DNA of 64,000 bases from Azolla caroliniana (Eukaryota > Plantae > Polypodiophyta), in NCBI GenBank assembly GCA_043228905.1, contig JBHGNT010000005.1:186001-250000 (forward strand), in the 5' to 3' direction. The translations under genes were made by a program, and so were the position numbers. The number at the start of each line of letters is the position of its first letter. The stretch's first letter is position 1. The notes under the pieces are model-generated. The model saw nothing but the letters and a program-made list of their open reading frames with translations, was not told the DNA's origin and made no database searches. This document shows, in pieces, positions 13,509 to 28,200 of this stretch.

Positions 13509-14075
13509 TGGCGGGCGGGGGGTTGGCCGCTTGTTGCAATTATGCCAGGTGCAAGGCTCAATCAAGTGGGGAAATATATGTTGTGGCTATCATGGCAAAC
13601 CGCAATTGGCAAATACGAGCATCAGGAGGAGGGGATGACTTTGGTGATAAAAGCACAAGAGGTCTTTTTCTCCTCCAGCGGCAATGTCCACTCCACTCCT
13701 CTTAATGACAAATCTCAAGAGGTGTTGGAATTGGTCAACCGAATAACTCATTGGATTCTATGGAAACAACGATGTAGGTGAGTCTTTTGCAACCAAACCG
13801 CACATCCAACAAGGTTATTGCAAGAAATATGGAGGGAAATTGTAGCCACTATGAAGAGCCAATATGATGGCCTTAAGGGCGGCTCTGAGGGAGTTGAAAG
13901 ACAACGAATAGCCTTCATCCAACAATGGTCGTCCTCTCCCTTTCTTGAGTCAGTGGGCATCCACATAAGATGGAACTATCGCGTCCCTTCAGGGATTTGT
14001 ACATAATCGTCTCTTTTGTTAAATTTTATAACTAATGGAAGGAGTTTTTGTTTGGAATTAAAAAAAAAAAAAAAA
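13509..14075 (+). mobile_element. 5'-truncated LINE (ORF2 C-terminus, 3' UTR, poly(A))
   Basis: Decayed ORF with THWILWKQRCR*VF, matching the W-x-x-W-x-x-R-[NC]-x-x-x-F pattern of L1-type ORF2 tails. A16 tail at 14060-14075. Probable 15-bp TSD AAATGGTGCACATTA (13494-13508) / AAAAGGCACACATTA (14072-14086). Confidence 0.75.
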
Positions 14076-16971
14076 GGCACACATTAGAAATTCAATGGAA
14101 GCAATTAGAAGACTACAGTCCTAGTGAATGATATCATGTTCTAGGAATACAAGTATATTTGCATAAACTAGGTGCTCATTATAAACACTTAATTGTACTA
14201 TATTTTATTATGTTAGACAAATTGAGTTTAGATATTTTGTTCGTGTCCTTTCTTATGAATGATTATATTGTTTTTATTTTGGGGTCTACTATTTCCCTAC
14301 AATTCCAAATGTTTTAGATTCATTTTATTGTGAGACGTGACATAACGTATATATTGTCAAAATAAGGAATCCAATGAACACTAAGAGTAATATTCCATAG
14401 GCATTCACGAATCGCATCCAAGCAATAAGGTGTTGTGCCAATCAATTTGAAATGGATTAAACCCCATCATTAGAAGCACCCCCTACAATGTTAAATAAAT
14501 ATGTCATTTGTAGAATTTATATTACCCCCTATAGAATATATGTTCACATGAAAATCAAAGGCTTTTTTTTTCCAAAAAAGAAAATCAAAGTTTCATTTAT
14601 GCCTACAAGGATTCAAGTCAATATATGTTTTAGTCTGATTTACACCCGATGCATTTAAGTATTCTTCACAACTTCCTATGTTCCAACATGGAATGTATTT
14701 AAAACTTGCCAAGTGAGGACACGATGTTATAGACAACCCACATCTTAGTTTCATGCACGTTATCTCAGTGCCTTCTTCACATGATCTTCTATATAGTGCT
14801 CATGTGCAAGGAATCATGTGCTTTTGGACGATTGAATTCTTATGCGATTGCCTAGTGCTATAATATTTTATCATATATGTATTATTGATTACAAAACAAT
14901 TATTCTTTGATGTAGAAAAGTGTCTCGTAAAACCAGGGGCTCGTAAAACAAAAGACTCCCCTTGAGAGGCGAATTTATCAAAATATTGTGATGTTTACAT
15001 TTTTCTTCTCATAAATATAAAAATTGTGGATTATGTAGGCACACCTATAATCTCTTTATGCAATTGGGGGCTGCCATGAAAATGATAATAATTGGCATGG
15101 GTGCATGAAGTTTGAATCGTTGATATAAGTTAAAACAACAAGTTGTCTCTCTCACAGTAAGGCTAAGAATATATGTGGTGATTATATTTTTCTCAAAAAA
15201 GCATTTTGGACTACATGAAGTTGAAGCAATGCAATGGCCGAGGATGCTACTGATAGCTTTTTTTATAATCAATATTGGAGACTAGCACGTCATTTCACAT
15301 TATAGAGGCCCGAGGGCATGATATGTGTTCCACTAAGTTATGTAATTGAGTCATGTTTAAATGAACCATATATTTCTCATGTGGAGAATTTCTTAAAAGA
15401 ATGTTGCATATTTTTATGAAAAGAAGGAATGTCACATCAAGAACAAAACATGAGATATAAGAATTTATTGTTAAGGTATTTATACACATTCAGGGGATAA
15501 TATGTTCTCATGCAAGGGGCACCCCTCAAATTTTGACATATTTAAAGACCTAGAGTAAATCGTCGGTTCTTGTGTTCAAAATACAAACGGAAAACTAAAG
15601 TCATATTTTTTTGCAAGAGATGTGTTGTCAATGTTATCCTCAAAAGTGGGAAATTCGCATCATAGTATTTGAAATGTAACACCTACATCCACGAAGTTTA
15701 TTCTCTATTCGACTATCTTTTTCTCGGTAAACACATTGTTGCCCCTATATTATCATCATATGTAGATGTTATATTGTTTCTACATTGGCGAGTTGATTCA
15801 ACCCCACATGCGATAATCTCTAGCGTAGCATCCACGTACAATAGGTAGTCAATATTACCATTGTATTAGAGTAAAGCACACCATATGTGGATGACTCTAA
15901 AGGACAAATATCATGACAGAACCATCACTTACACCATAAATACATTCAATTCAAAGTTCCTTCAGCTATTACCGATAATATTATAGCCACTCATTTTCAT
16001 TAACTTTTGCTATCGGGATTGTTCCGCCATATTTGTGCAACCCATTAATCAAGTGGTGGATCCCCAATATATCATTAACCTCACCATATGTTTTTTTTCC
16101 CAAAAAACTCACCATATGTTTTTGTTTTCTAGACCAACAAGATGACAAAATAATTATGTTCTAATTTTCCTTCGCTTTTAAGATTGAAATATTTAAGAGT
16201 CTTAAAATGGTACAATGCTCTAAATAATAATGTAATGTTATATGGGGCATGTTAAGATCATGATCACTCAATTGCTAACATTTCTCTCCTCTCTTTGCCC
16301 ATTCTTATTTTATTATGTAAGTTTATCTGAGTTTTTAGTTGTTTTGAGAGTAACGTGGCTCTCAACAAAAAAATTACAGCTCTTGCAATGAGGCAATGGT
16401 GAGAGAATCATAGCAAACCCAATGTGAGATTTGAATTACAAGGAACTTCCTAATGTTGTTTTCCTTGAGAATACCTTCATCATCAGTTGCAATGAAATAT
16501 AAATTGTGCCATTCACCCTTTCAACCATTTGCAGTACCAATTATTCGAATAAATAATTCATCAATCCCACTTTGGAATACTAAAACTACTATTGCAGTAC
16601 TGCTCATCAATAGCTTAACACTAACCCACCCACTGTATCACATTGGAGTTATAGTATACGCAACATTACTCATCAATAGGCTAAAACTAGCATATGTTGT
16701 GATAGTAAACCAAAGTCAGGTTCCCTATTGTAGTAGAACTCTTGGCTACTTTGAGTAAACACATAAAATAAAAGATTATTTAATGGAGTCGGAAGATATT
16801 ACAATACTTCAGAAGCAATACCAGAGAGAGAGTTGTATAAACCTAGAGCTCAAATAAGGTTAGCACATCCTCTTGGAAGTTCTCTTTCACCATAAGGTAA
16901 AACAATGTTTCAAGCTCCCAAAATCATTTAACAAGCAATAAAGATTCTCTTTTGGCAAATTGGAGCTTTTC

Positions 16972-19558
16972 TCAGTATGTGTAGCCAGCCACAAACATGC
17001 CTTTCTTGGCTTCCTCGCTCTCGCCCTCTGCAGAGTATTTCCCCAATTGAGCAAGAGAATTGGCCTTGGCTCTCACAAGTAGGCCTTTCTGGGCAGCCTC
17101 CACATTTTCAGGGAGCCCACCCCATGTCTTAAGCACGGTGTTTTGCAACGCTCGGGCATACGAGAAGGACACGTGCCATGGGTTGGGGGATTGGTTCATC
17201 GCGTTCAAATTCAAGGTTGCTTCAACCTCAGATTGGCCACCAGATAAGAACTGGGATCAAACAAGAAATGAACACATGCTTAGACGTGAGTTGATAACTG
17301 TATGAAGAGCAAATAAAACACAAACAAATGTAAAACATGACAATTGTTGCATCCACACCTTCACTCTGATTCTGGTAGCTAATTAGCCTACTCTACCCAT
17401 AGTTATCCCCTATTTCTAACAGCCTTAATTAACAAGTCTACTGTACTGCTAAAAAATGTAGTTAACGTTGTACGCTCATAAAATGACTCTTGTTGAGATC
17501 TAGACAAATTATAGGAGAACTTCATTCATGAAAGATTTTGACGTGTTTATATCTCACACTCAATAAACCATCGTCACTTACCATGATGCCAGGCACAGCA
17601 GGGGGAACTCTCCTCTTGAGGAGGTTGAGGGTATACTGAGCAACTTCCTCTGGTGTTGCCCTCACTTTGCACTCTGCACCAGGTGTCACCATGCTTGGCT
17701 TCAACAAGATACCCTCATATACCACGTTGTTCTTGGCGAGGAAATAGAACACCTCGTTCCACACCTTCTCAGCCACCACTGAGGTTCTTTCAATGCCATG
17801 TTCACCATCCAAAAGGACCTCGGGCTCCACAATAGGAACCAAGCCATTTTCCTATACAGACATGCTTATTAGTGCCAAGATTTAGATCTAACATCGGTAC
17901 CTAAGGTGAATAGATCTTCCAAGGCAAAATGAGGCTAATTATGAGCTGGTTTGTCCAAATGTCCCATATATCACATTTACCTGAGAAATGGAGGCATATC
18001 TTGCAAGACCCCATGCAGCTTCCTGGATCGCCAACTCAGATGGTCCGTTGGGAATGCTGATGACAGTTCTCCTGCATTGCAAATCAGGTCATGTTATATT
18101 ATTCATCAGACCATGTTTGATATAGTACATATTAGACATCAAGTGCGATCAATATATAAACCATGACAGCATGATCAACACACATTCATGAAACAAAGAC
18201 ATACGAATACATGCAAAATTATATGCATCCTAACCATGCTAAGCATGCTCTATGTATCATATACAAAGCGAGCTTTATGACAGAATACTGGGAAAAATAA
18301 GCGAATACCATTTGGCAAAGCGAGCTCCCTGCTTATAGTATTCAGCAGACCGGGAGGCCAATCCATCAAGTCCTTGGCACCATGATTCATCGTTGGAACC
18401 AGACAAAGGAACAAGACCCTTTATTTTTTAACAAGCAAAAGTAGTTGGAATAAGTTTCACAGAGAAAAAAAATGAAATCTTAATGTAATTATAGATGGGG
18501 TACAATCAAACACACCTTATCAACTTTGATACCGGGGGCAATTCCTTGATCCTTCAGGCAGTCAACAAACTTCTTGCCATCAAGGGTAGATTGGTATAGG
18601 GTCTCTTCGAAGAGGATAGCTCCAGAGATGTAGCTTCCAAGGCCAGGGGTGGTGACAAGGAGCTGGCGGTAGGCTTGGCGGTTAGCCTCAGTGTTCTCCA
18701 AACCAATGGATGCGAGACGCTTGCCACATGTAGCATTCGACTCATCCATAGCCAAGATACCGCGGCCAGGTGAAGCAATGGATTTCTACAGTGGAAAAGT
18801 TCATCATTGTACATAAGTGCACATGTACACATACTTCATATTTCACATATGGGTGTAATGTGGATATATAAGAGCACATCATCCAAAATGCTTTGCATTA
18901 CATATATAGCACCTAATCCAAACAACTTCTCTTTACCTACACACATACATCATGTTGAGCATGAAAGTGCGTACTTACTTAAGGAGCCAAGGCACATCAT
19001 CCAAACGATTTCTTTACAAATTTATATGACAAACATATTATATACAAGGGAACACATAATCCAAACGACTTCTCTACATACACCAGAATGTTCTAAATAA
19101 GAAACGTACATGCAGCATACGTCGTTATGTTCAACATAAGAAATAGCTTATCTGCATACACATCATGTTCTGCATAAGAAGTGAATTTCGTATATAAATA
19201 AAATGTCCCACATGATGGCACATCATCCGAACAAGTTCTGTTACATGTACATACACCATGTCTGTACTCACACCCATACATACACATGTTTAAAACACAA
19301 CTTCTGTACACACATACATGCTTGGATAAAGCACAGAAAGCTTAATACGCTCACGAAAGAGAGCAAAAGAAGGGAACGATGATTGCATCGAAAGCTTACC
19401 GCGGTCTTGATGAGCTCCTCGGTGTAAGCTCCAGCCCTGATGGGCAGAGGAGAGAAGGTAGCAGAGGATGAGGAATTCACTGAAGCAGCAGGCTTCAGGG
19501 ACTGCCCAAGGAACTGGGAAGATGTGAGAGAAACAGCGGGCTTCATCAAGGCAGCCAT
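16972..19558 (-). CDS. FBA: Fructose-bisphosphate aldolase class I, plastid, 6 exons, about 392 aa
   Basis: Exons 19400-19558, 18516-18785, 18309-18418, 17981-18071, 17582-17851 and 16972-17250 (1179 nt, in frame). Ser-rich transit peptide; motifs [56 protein letters not shown]; C-terminal GYTY. Confidence 0.97.
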
Positions 19559-19667
19559 GGCTTGAGGAACACACGGGCTCTCTGTTTCTACTCTGTTCTT
19601 CTTCTTCTTCTTCTTCTCTGGTGCGTTGGGAGGGTGAGAGTGAGAGAGTTGTGTGTTTTTGTGGAGA

Positions 19668-19772
19668 TATATATATATATAGCTGCAATGGAAACCATTG
19701 AAATGTTTGGATGGCTCTCCTTTAGCCCCTTCCGGCTTTTGCATTGTGTGGCTTTTAGACTAACTAGATAAG
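19668..19772 (-). promoter_or_regulatory. Aldolase core promoter: TA-repeat TATA element and I-box-like GATAAG
   Basis: (TA)n at about 19668-19681, roughly 110 bp upstream of the ATG. GATAAG at 19767-19772 is common in light-regulated promoters. Motif match only. Confidence 0.45.
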
Positions 19773-22247
19773 AGGAACAGGGCCTCCCCTGGGTCCCCCC
19801 CTCCCCTCTTGTTATCCCTACCTTTCTCTCCCTCTGCCTCTCCATTCTCTCGGCTCGATTCACCACTCAAGTTGTGGCCACTAACCTTTCAGAAGCTCAC
19901 GCTCATCGTGACCCTTTTTCACACTCTCAGGGATCGCCCCACATTCCACATGGATCCGATTTTATCCTGTATATGGGAGCACTCATGTATGCTGGAACCG
20001 CACAATCAAGTTCGAAGTGGCCCGCCTCTCGTGCTTAGCTCGCTTTTCACGCCGTCGACCCTTGCACTAGGTTCATGTGATGTCGTGGCAATAGACAAGG
20101 TTTGCCAATCCAATCTATATGCATGCTACACACGCAATGGTTACATTGATATGAATCTACAAATAGGCCCATTTGCACATGGATAGCATTGCTCACGCAT
20201 ACTTCAGACATTTATGTCTAGAGCATAAGATCTATTGGCAATGTTAGGCACTTGATGCAATGCGTGATGCCTTATGTGTCAAGTCCGAGTAGATTATGTG
20301 CATGATGGTTATCTCCTACATTGTTCATACTCTCTCAGACATGCACTATAGCAAAAATCCCTCCATTGCGTTTTGGTGCACAATGGTGTGCTTGACTATC
20401 ATCGAGAGAGTATGTTAGACGCAATCCATCAATCATGTAGCCTTGTCCTTGTTATGTTCATCATCAAAGATTTTGCATGGATCTGATAAACAAAAATGGG
20501 AACATGTAAAGGAATATTCTTACTACATTCTCTCATACGTAAAAAAGAGAGAGGAGGGACTAGGTTTTAGGGTCGCCCTCATTTTTATTTACAACCAAAT
20601 TTATTACATTTTTACATGACTGTTTTTATCATTGTGAAGGGTTAAACTAATGGTATAGATATTCCCTTTATGCAAAATATGTAAATTGTTGGTTTGAACA
20701 TGATATCCTTGGAAGTAAACCTCATTTTTTAACCCAACTATGTCGAGCGATGCACATCTATTTTGCACCACATCCCATTTAAGCCTCATGGTTGCATCTA
20801 TATTAGTGGAGTTGAAATTGGACCTATATTTAGATTCATATGATTGCGTTAATATCGGCCCACTTTGGGCTCATAATACATATCCATGTTTATATATCAC
20901 AAGCAATCAAAGCCTAGCAACGGTAAAGACGTCAATTATTGTAAACAAAGAAAGTGCAACCTAAAATGAAGCCTTTTCCATGATTTTGAGGTAGAAAATA
21001 TGTACTTGAATTCCTCGAGACTTCCCATGCTGGGTAGGTGCAACGATAGAACGTATCCACATTCGAAAGTGTGTTGAAGAGTTTAAGTTTACAATGGTTA
21101 TAATAAAGTTTATTTTCATATCTCCAAAATTGTAGCAGTGGTAATATTATTTCATTGCGTTATTAATGGTTCAAAAGAACCAACAATAATCCATAGTGTA
21201 TAAAAGAGACAGTGACTTTGTGATGACAAATGTTAGGAGATAAGATATTGACCAACTTCTACCATTAACATTAGAAATTAATTTGGTTGGGAATGTTTTC
21301 CATTACAAAAACGGCTTGGAAGATTTTTGGGATTAGGAGTGTGAAAGTCAAGAGCATAAGGTCGGGTTTAAACCATTAGACCGATTTCTCAACTTATTAG
21401 ATTGTTTAGATTTGTATTGAAAATTTTGTGACGAGGATGTTGTACACATGAGATCCATGAAGTAAACGGGTTACTTGATTATTGGTTCCTTGCGTGTTTA
21501 ATACTTAATTCAAAACATTGTTATGTGTATGTGATAACACCATTTGCTTTTTTGTGCTTGATGGAAGGAATGTAAGACTAATAAATCCATGTATATGTAT
21601 ACAAATATAAATTTTATGATTGCGGATCGTCAGCGCTGCACGAGGTAGAGGCTACAATGTAATGTAAGGAGACGTCAATTTTTTAGAGGAATTGCACTTA
21701 CATACTTACCTATAAAAGACTTCATTATAAAAAGAACAACATGTATATACGTCATTAGCCACACGAGGCGCAATGAGATTGGGACTACGATAAATCACAC
21801 ATGGCATGCTTTCCTTGATCGTATATTGAAACATAAAATCAATTCAACGCCGAGACATCGGAAAAAGAAGCACATATATTTACCATCAATGGAATTGTGC
21901 GACAACAATTGGTACACAAATCATATCATGTAGCCGGGAATTTGCGCAACAACATTACGGGATGGAGTTATGCTGGATAAACCATACGCGAAGTTTATTT
22001 CTATGGTGAAAGACGAATTTGTGCCATTTTTTTCCGAGGTGTAATGCTGGACACATCAATGTAGATTTGGGGCATGGTGGCCACATGAGACTCTATCTAT
22101 CTATCTAAGTTCTAACTTCTAACATATGCCGGATTCTTCCATCCACCCATACCCATGTGGGAGGGGGGCACATTTTGATAGGTGACACTTCTCTCTCTCT
22201 CTCATGAGGAGAACGACTTTGGAACAGATAACTTCCCAATCCCAGGA

Positions 22248-25013
22248 ATGAACACAGTCAGTGGACATCCGTGGATCCATGCCATATCAGTATCAGATGA
22301 AAAGTCTCAGAAGCTCTATCAGCTTCCCAGCTCTGCATCTACTGTAAATCTGAATTCATTCCATCTAAGAGCACCAGAAATACATGGAAATGGGCAGCTG
22401 TCTATGGATCACAGAGGATCTCTAGGCCTCGTAGAGTTGATACCACCGTCAGTAGAAAGTCTCATAGAAACACTACAAGAATGTCAAGGGAAGAAAGATC
22501 TCATCTATGTCTATATAATTCTATGTAGCCATGGTTTGGAAGGTTGTAAAGCTATTGGAAACTACCTGATTCCTCTGTTCCTAGAGTATGGAAACGTATT
22601 GGGTGCACATCAAATCTTCAGTAGGTTGGTTTATAAGAACGAATATACTTGGACTTGTCTCATACAAGGATATGCACAAAGTGGAGATGTAAACCATGCA
22701 TTTTGCTTGTTTACAAGCATGTGGGAAGATGACGTTCAGCCTTCTGTGCATACATATACAGCTTTATTGAATGGTTTTGCGAAGCAAGGGTGCATAGAAA
22801 GTGGTCAAATTATTCATACTGAAGTTGTTTGCAAAGGTTTCGATGGTGATGGATTCATCTTGAATAGTTTGGTGGGCATTTACACAAAATGTGGACTATT
22901 TCAAGATGCCAAACAAGTGTTTAGTCAGATTCAGTATCCAGATGTGGTTTCGTGGAATGCATTAGTGTCGGGACTCATTGAGCACGGCCTCAATGAAGAA
23001 GCTCTTGAATGTGTGGATCAAATGAAGCTCAATGAGGTCACTCTCAATGCAATCACGTATGTATGTAGCTTAAAAGCATGTAGTAGTATGAGAGCCTTAT
23101 GTAAGGGCCAAGCAATGCATGATGATGTGATCAAAGGAGGATTTGAAAATAATACTTTTATATGCAATGCTCTCATTGACATGTATGTGAAATGTAATGC
23201 AGTTGTCGAAGCAAGAGAAGTGTTGGATGCGATGAAAACTTGTGATATAGTTTCATGGAATTCTCTTATGGGAGGATATGCTGAACAGAGTCAAGCTGAG
23301 GAAGCATTACAATGCTTGAAAGAGATGGCATTAACGGGAAGATCGGAAAACAATGTTACTTTCCTTTTGGCTTTGAAGGCTTGTAGTAGTGCTGGAAATA
23401 TAACAAAATCCCTGGAATTACACATGGAGATTAGCAAAAAGGGATTTGAAAATGATCTCTATATTGGTACTGCTTTAATAGCCAATTATAGCAAATGTGG
23501 TTCGCTTATTGATGCATGTAATGTATTCTATGGCTTATATGAACGTAGTATTGTGGCATGGAACACACTGATATCAGGATATGTAGACAATGGGTATGGT
23601 GAAGAAGCACTTCTCTGTTTTGAAGAAATGTTAAATGAAGGCGTTGATCCTAGTGTCACTACCTATGTTTGTGCTTTAAAAGCATGTGGGATCATAAGAG
23701 ACAATGACAAAGGGTATCGATTGCATGCTCGTATTGTGAGAGAGAAATTGGAATCCGACCCTTTTGTCGGTAGTGCTTTAGTTTATATGTATATGAAATG
23801 TGCCTTATATTCGGATACATTAGATGTCTTTGAAGACCTTCCAATTAAAGACATTGTCTCATGGAATACGTTGATCAACGGATATGCTGAGCATGGTCTT
23901 GGAAAGGAAGCTTTAGAGCATTCCAAAAGTATGCAACTTAAGACTGTGATTCCAAATGCTATCACTTTTGTCGGCATTTTGAAAGCGTGTGGGAACATCA
24001 AAGATATAGTCAATGGTCATGAAAACCATAGTGAAATTATTAGAAAAGGGTTTGATGATAATATACTAATTGAAAATGCTTTGCTGAACATGTATGCAAA
24101 GTGTGGAGCACTTGTTGAAGCACAATATGTGTTTGATATGATGCAAATCCAAGATGCAACATCACAAACCACTTTGCCTGAGGGTTATGCTAAAAATGGA
24201 TCATTGCTCAATGGACAAGAAATGGTCAACAAGCTTTCAGCTCAAGGCATTGTGTGTGCATGCACATCACTTATTTCAGGTTATGTTGAATATGGCTTCA
24301 CTGAAGAAGCAATGATCAATATAGAGAGGATGCAAGTGGAAGGTTTGTGTTTGGATGCTGCAATGTTGGTCTTCATTTTAAAGTCTTGTGGCAAGGAAGG
24401 GGCCATTGAGGCAGGAAGAGAGATACATACAATGATTATCAAACGAGGGCTTGAAAGGGAGGTCTTTGTTGGTAACACTTTAGTGGATATGTATGCTAAG
24501 CATAGCCTACTTTCAGAAGCATTGGTTGTCTTTGATGGAATAATGGAAAGAACTGTAGTCTCATGGAATGCTTTGATTTCAGGTTATGTGCGCCTTGGAG
24601 AAAGTGAACATGTTTTTATGTTGTTTGAAATGATGCTAAAAGAAGGTATAAAGCCGAGCCGAGCATCGTTTCTTAACGTTCTCACCACTTGTAGTCATAT
24701 GGGCCTAGTAGAAATGGGCTATCGATACTTAGAATTGATGAAGCACTATGGTGTTGCACCCACTACAGAAGTTCACAATTGTATGATCAACCTTCTTAGT
24801 CGTGCGGGACGGTTGGGTGAGGCCTTTTCATCATTCAATCAAATGGATACTCAACCTGATCTTATCACATGGAAAACACTTATGGCCGGTTGCCAAAAAT
24901 GGAGCAACATAGAGCTTGGGAAGGAAGTGTTCAATCATGTGTTGGGCTCAGAGTTTGACCATCCAGCTACATTTATCTTGATGTCCAATACCTATGTTGA
25001 TGCATGCATTTGA
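22248..25013 (+). CDS. PLS-class pentatricopeptide repeat protein ending in a partial E region, no DYW
   Basis: Intronless ORF (first in-frame ATG at 22248) with repeated P-L-S triplets (VVSWNALI..Y, TYVCALKAC, GNALIDMYxKCG). Then L2/S2 (VLTTCSHMGLVEMG, NCMINLLSRAG) and E1 (PDLITWKTLMAGCQ), stopping at FILMSNTYVDACI*. Confidence 0.93.
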   Translation: MNTVSGHPWIHAISVSDEKSQKLYQLPSSASTVNLNSFHLRAPEIHGNGQLSMDHRGSLGLVELIPPSVESLIETLQECQGKKDLIYVYIILCSHGLEGCKAIGNYLIPLFLEYGNVLGAHQIFSRLVYKNEYTWTCLIQGYAQSGDVNHAFCLFTSMWEDDVQPSVHTYTALLNGFAKQGCIESGQIIHTEVVCKGFDGDGFILNSLVGIYTKCGLFQDAKQVFSQIQYPDVVSWNALVSGLIEHGLNEEALECVDQMKLNEVTLNAITYVCSLKACSSMRALCKGQAMHDDVIKGGFENNTFICNALIDMYVKCNAVVEAREVLDAMKTCDIVSWNSLMGGYAEQSQAEEALQCLKEMALTGRSENNVTFLLALKACSSAGNITKSLELHMEISKKGFENDLYIGTALIANYSKCGSLIDACNVFYGLYERSIVAWNTLISGYVDNGYGEEALLCFEEMLNEGVDPSVTTYVCALKACGIIRDNDKGYRLHARIVREKLESDPFVGSALVYMYMKCALYSDTLDVFEDLPIKDIVSWNTLINGYAEHGLGKEALEHSKSMQLKTVIPNAITFVGILKACGNIKDIVNGHENHSEIIRKGFDDNILIENALLNMYAKCGALVEAQYVFDMMQIQDATSQTTLPEGYAKNGSLLNGQEMVNKLSAQGIVCACTSLISGYVEYGFTEEAMINIERMQVEGLCLDAAMLVFILKSCGKEGAIEAGREIHTMIIKRGLEREVFVGNTLVDMYAKHSLLSEALVVFDGIMERTVVSWNALISGYVRLGESEHVFMLFEMMLKEGIKPSRASFLNVLTTCSHMGLVEMGYRYLELMKHYGVAPTTEVHNCMINLLSRAGRLGEAFSSFNQMDTQPDLITWKTLMAGCQKWSNIELGKEVFNHVLGSEFDHPATFILMSNTYVDACI

Positions 25014-25278
25014 ATATTTATTTTGAAACTTCTACTGTTCATGCCTTGAATATAAGGGGATGTCTAGTGTTGTGAAGCCAAATAGTTAAAACCAAATACA
25101 CATAAAACAAACGAAGTGCAAAACACGCCAAAATTGTACAAGAAGTAAAGTAGAGTTTGCATGTTATTCGATAACGGGCAAATAATTGTGGAACAATAAA
25201 TGTAGAGTTACGATCATATACATGTAATCGATGGTGGAGTTGATGACGATGGTGTGAGGTATAATCGTATATACTATG

Positions 25279-28200
25279 TGTTAATAATTAGGTAATTAAC
25301 TAGGGTTAATTAGTGACTAATTATGTGAGTAGTTAATGTTACGGGCATGACCATATAATATCCTGTAGTGAGAATTTACTGTAGTATTCTATACATGTGG
25401 ATAAGTGTGAGGGTTAAACGAGAGTGTAAAGAAGGGGAGGATTACTTTTAATCCTCGGGATTGAGACAACCCATTAGGCCAAGTGTGAACTTGCTTGGGG
25501 GCCTTGGGTCTTGCTATAAATATGAGGCCTAATTACCCTCATTGGATCATCTTTTGACTATGTCGAGATTCTGACGTTGTGGTGGGTCAATTCTTGTAGC
25601 GAGCGCGCCAACACTAGGTATAACTCGACACCACGACGGTGGTATGGGACGCCGATCGAGGCTCGAGCCCATCTCGATCCCTTCGCTTACTCTCAAATGT
25701 TATTGGTTTACCATCTTGATATAAGACAACACCTATAGCATAATCACTTGCATCGGTTTCAACTTCAAAAGGTTTTGAAGGATTAGGTAAAATAAGCGAA
25801 GGAGCCTTGCACACCAGGTCCTTGAGTTCCTTAAAGACGAGGTCTAGTGTAGCATTCCACACAATAGGTTTTGTAGACTTACGCACTTGACCTTTTAGAA
25901 GATCAGTAAACGATGTTGTCAATTGGGAGTAATTATGAAGAGATTTTCGTAAAAACCCAACAAAACCAAGGAATGATTGAACTTCTCAAATATTACGAAG
26001 AGTGGGCCAAAGTTTGACTTTCTCGATGCGAGAAGGATCAATTTCAACTCCTCATTTGGTTATGAGATGTCCAAGATTAGTAATTGATTTCTTGAAGAGC
26101 TTGCATTTTGAGATCTTCGCGTAGAATTGCTTGTCGCGCAATGTTTGTAAAACAAAGTGGAAATGTTTAGCATGTTCTTCTAATGTTCGGCTATAAACTA
26201 AAATATCATCCAAGAAAATAATGACGAATTTTCCAAGTTGTTCTCGGAAAATGTCATTCATTTCTTGTTGAAATGTGGTTGGAGCATTGGTCAAACCAAA
26301 AGGCATAACCAAAAACTCATAATGGCCATAACGTGTACAAATTGTTGTTTTAGGAGCATTGTCCTCACTTATACGAATTTGATGGTAGCCCATACGTAGA
26401 TCAAGTTTCGTAAAATACCATGCTCCTTGGAGATGGTCAATTAGATCGTCAGTCTGAGGCAATGGATATCAATTCTTGATCGTCACTTTATTCAAGCGTC
26501 AATAATTAATACACATAGGCCATGTGCCTTCTTTCTTTTTTACCAAGAGAACAGGTGCACCCCATGAAGATTTACTATAACGTATAAAACCCATTCATAA
26601 ATAGTCCTTCGGTTGCTTAGATACCTCATCCTCTTCGGATCGACTTAAGTAATAAGGTGGTATACTTATTGGTGCAACGCTAGGTACAATATATATACGA
26701 TGGTCTATATTACGTTTAGGAGGTAACCCATGCGGTAGTTCACTCGGAAAAACATCATGAAAATCATTTAAGATTTTATCGAGTTGTTGTTGTTCAAAAT
26801 ATGTCAATTGACTCGAGACGTGATCAATATTATAAACGTAAATGTTCGGATCAAGTACACAATAAAATAAAGACGAACAAGACAACTCATATATTGATGG
26901 AGAAGAAACAATCAAAAGGGATTGTTTATTTACACATTGAATAAAATGAGTACAATCGTTTAGTACAAAGGAAATGGAATTATTTGCAGTTATACATGCG
27001 CTCAAAACATGGCGCCATTATCTTTATGGAAATTGTTTTGTGGTAACTATGGACCACGAGTCCTTGAAATATTTTTGTGACCAACAAGACTTGAAAGGTC
27101 GTAAGGCACGATGGGCTAATCTTATCTAGGACTTTGATTTTTCCATATGATATCGTAAAGGTTCCATGAATACTATTGTTGATGCACTAAGTCACATCTG
27201 TGAAGTTAACATGCTAGGTTCACTGAAATAACATCAGATCTTTATGATCACCTTCGAGGAAAGTATCCTGATGGCAATTATTTTGCGAAATATTGGGCAA
27301 GAGTTGAGTTTGGGACAGACACCACCACATCCTCGAAGGAATCCTTCCACATTGCTAACGATCTGCTCTACCATAATGGGAAGGTTTGTGTTCCAGATTT
27401 GCCTGAGGTCAAAAAGAGAATTCTTTTTTAATGCCATGATGCACTCTCAACAAGGCACCCTGGAATACATTGTACACTCGTTCTCATCTCCACTCATCTC
27501 CACTCAATTCTATTGGCCTAAGATACATCCTAACATACATAACTATGTGACTAAATATCACTAATGCCAAGTTAAAAAAGCCGAGCGACTTAAGGCCGCA
27601 GGACTTTTACATCCCTTGGACATTCTCAATAATAAGTGGGAAAGTATATCCATGGATTTTATTGTTAGCCTTCGTTGCACCCAAAAAGGCCATGATGCCA
27701 TCTAGGTTGTGGTTGATAGAGTAACTAAAATGGCCAGATTTATTGCTATTAAAACCACTGTAACAACTCCTGAATATTTCGTTGACGAGTTATTTCATTT
27801 TTATGGGTTACCGATGGATATCGTGAGTGATCAAGATCCAAAGTTTACTAGTGACTTCTGGACGCAAGTCTTTAAGAAGTTAGAAACTACGTTGAGCATG
27901 AGCTCCACAGATCATCCTCAATCCGATGGACAGACAGAATGAGTAAATCAAATTATCGAGGACATGCTTCGAGCATACGTTGGTGCAAAACCAACAAAAT
28001 GGGAACGTTATCTCCCAATTTTGGAGTTTGTTTATAACAGCTCCAAGCATACGTCGACGAGATATAGTCCTTTTATGTTGATGTATGGTTTTCAGCCACG
28101 AGCCCCAATTGATGTTAATATACATCACGATGAGTTGCGAAGTACGCAAAACTTTCTTCGGGATATGCAAGATATGTTGCATATTGCACGAGATAATATA

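Noticed and set aside
18318-18336. GAGCTCCCTGC in an aldolase exon as an in-window target of the miR319 variant
   Set aside because: It is on the non-mRNA strand of aldolase and only a partial match.
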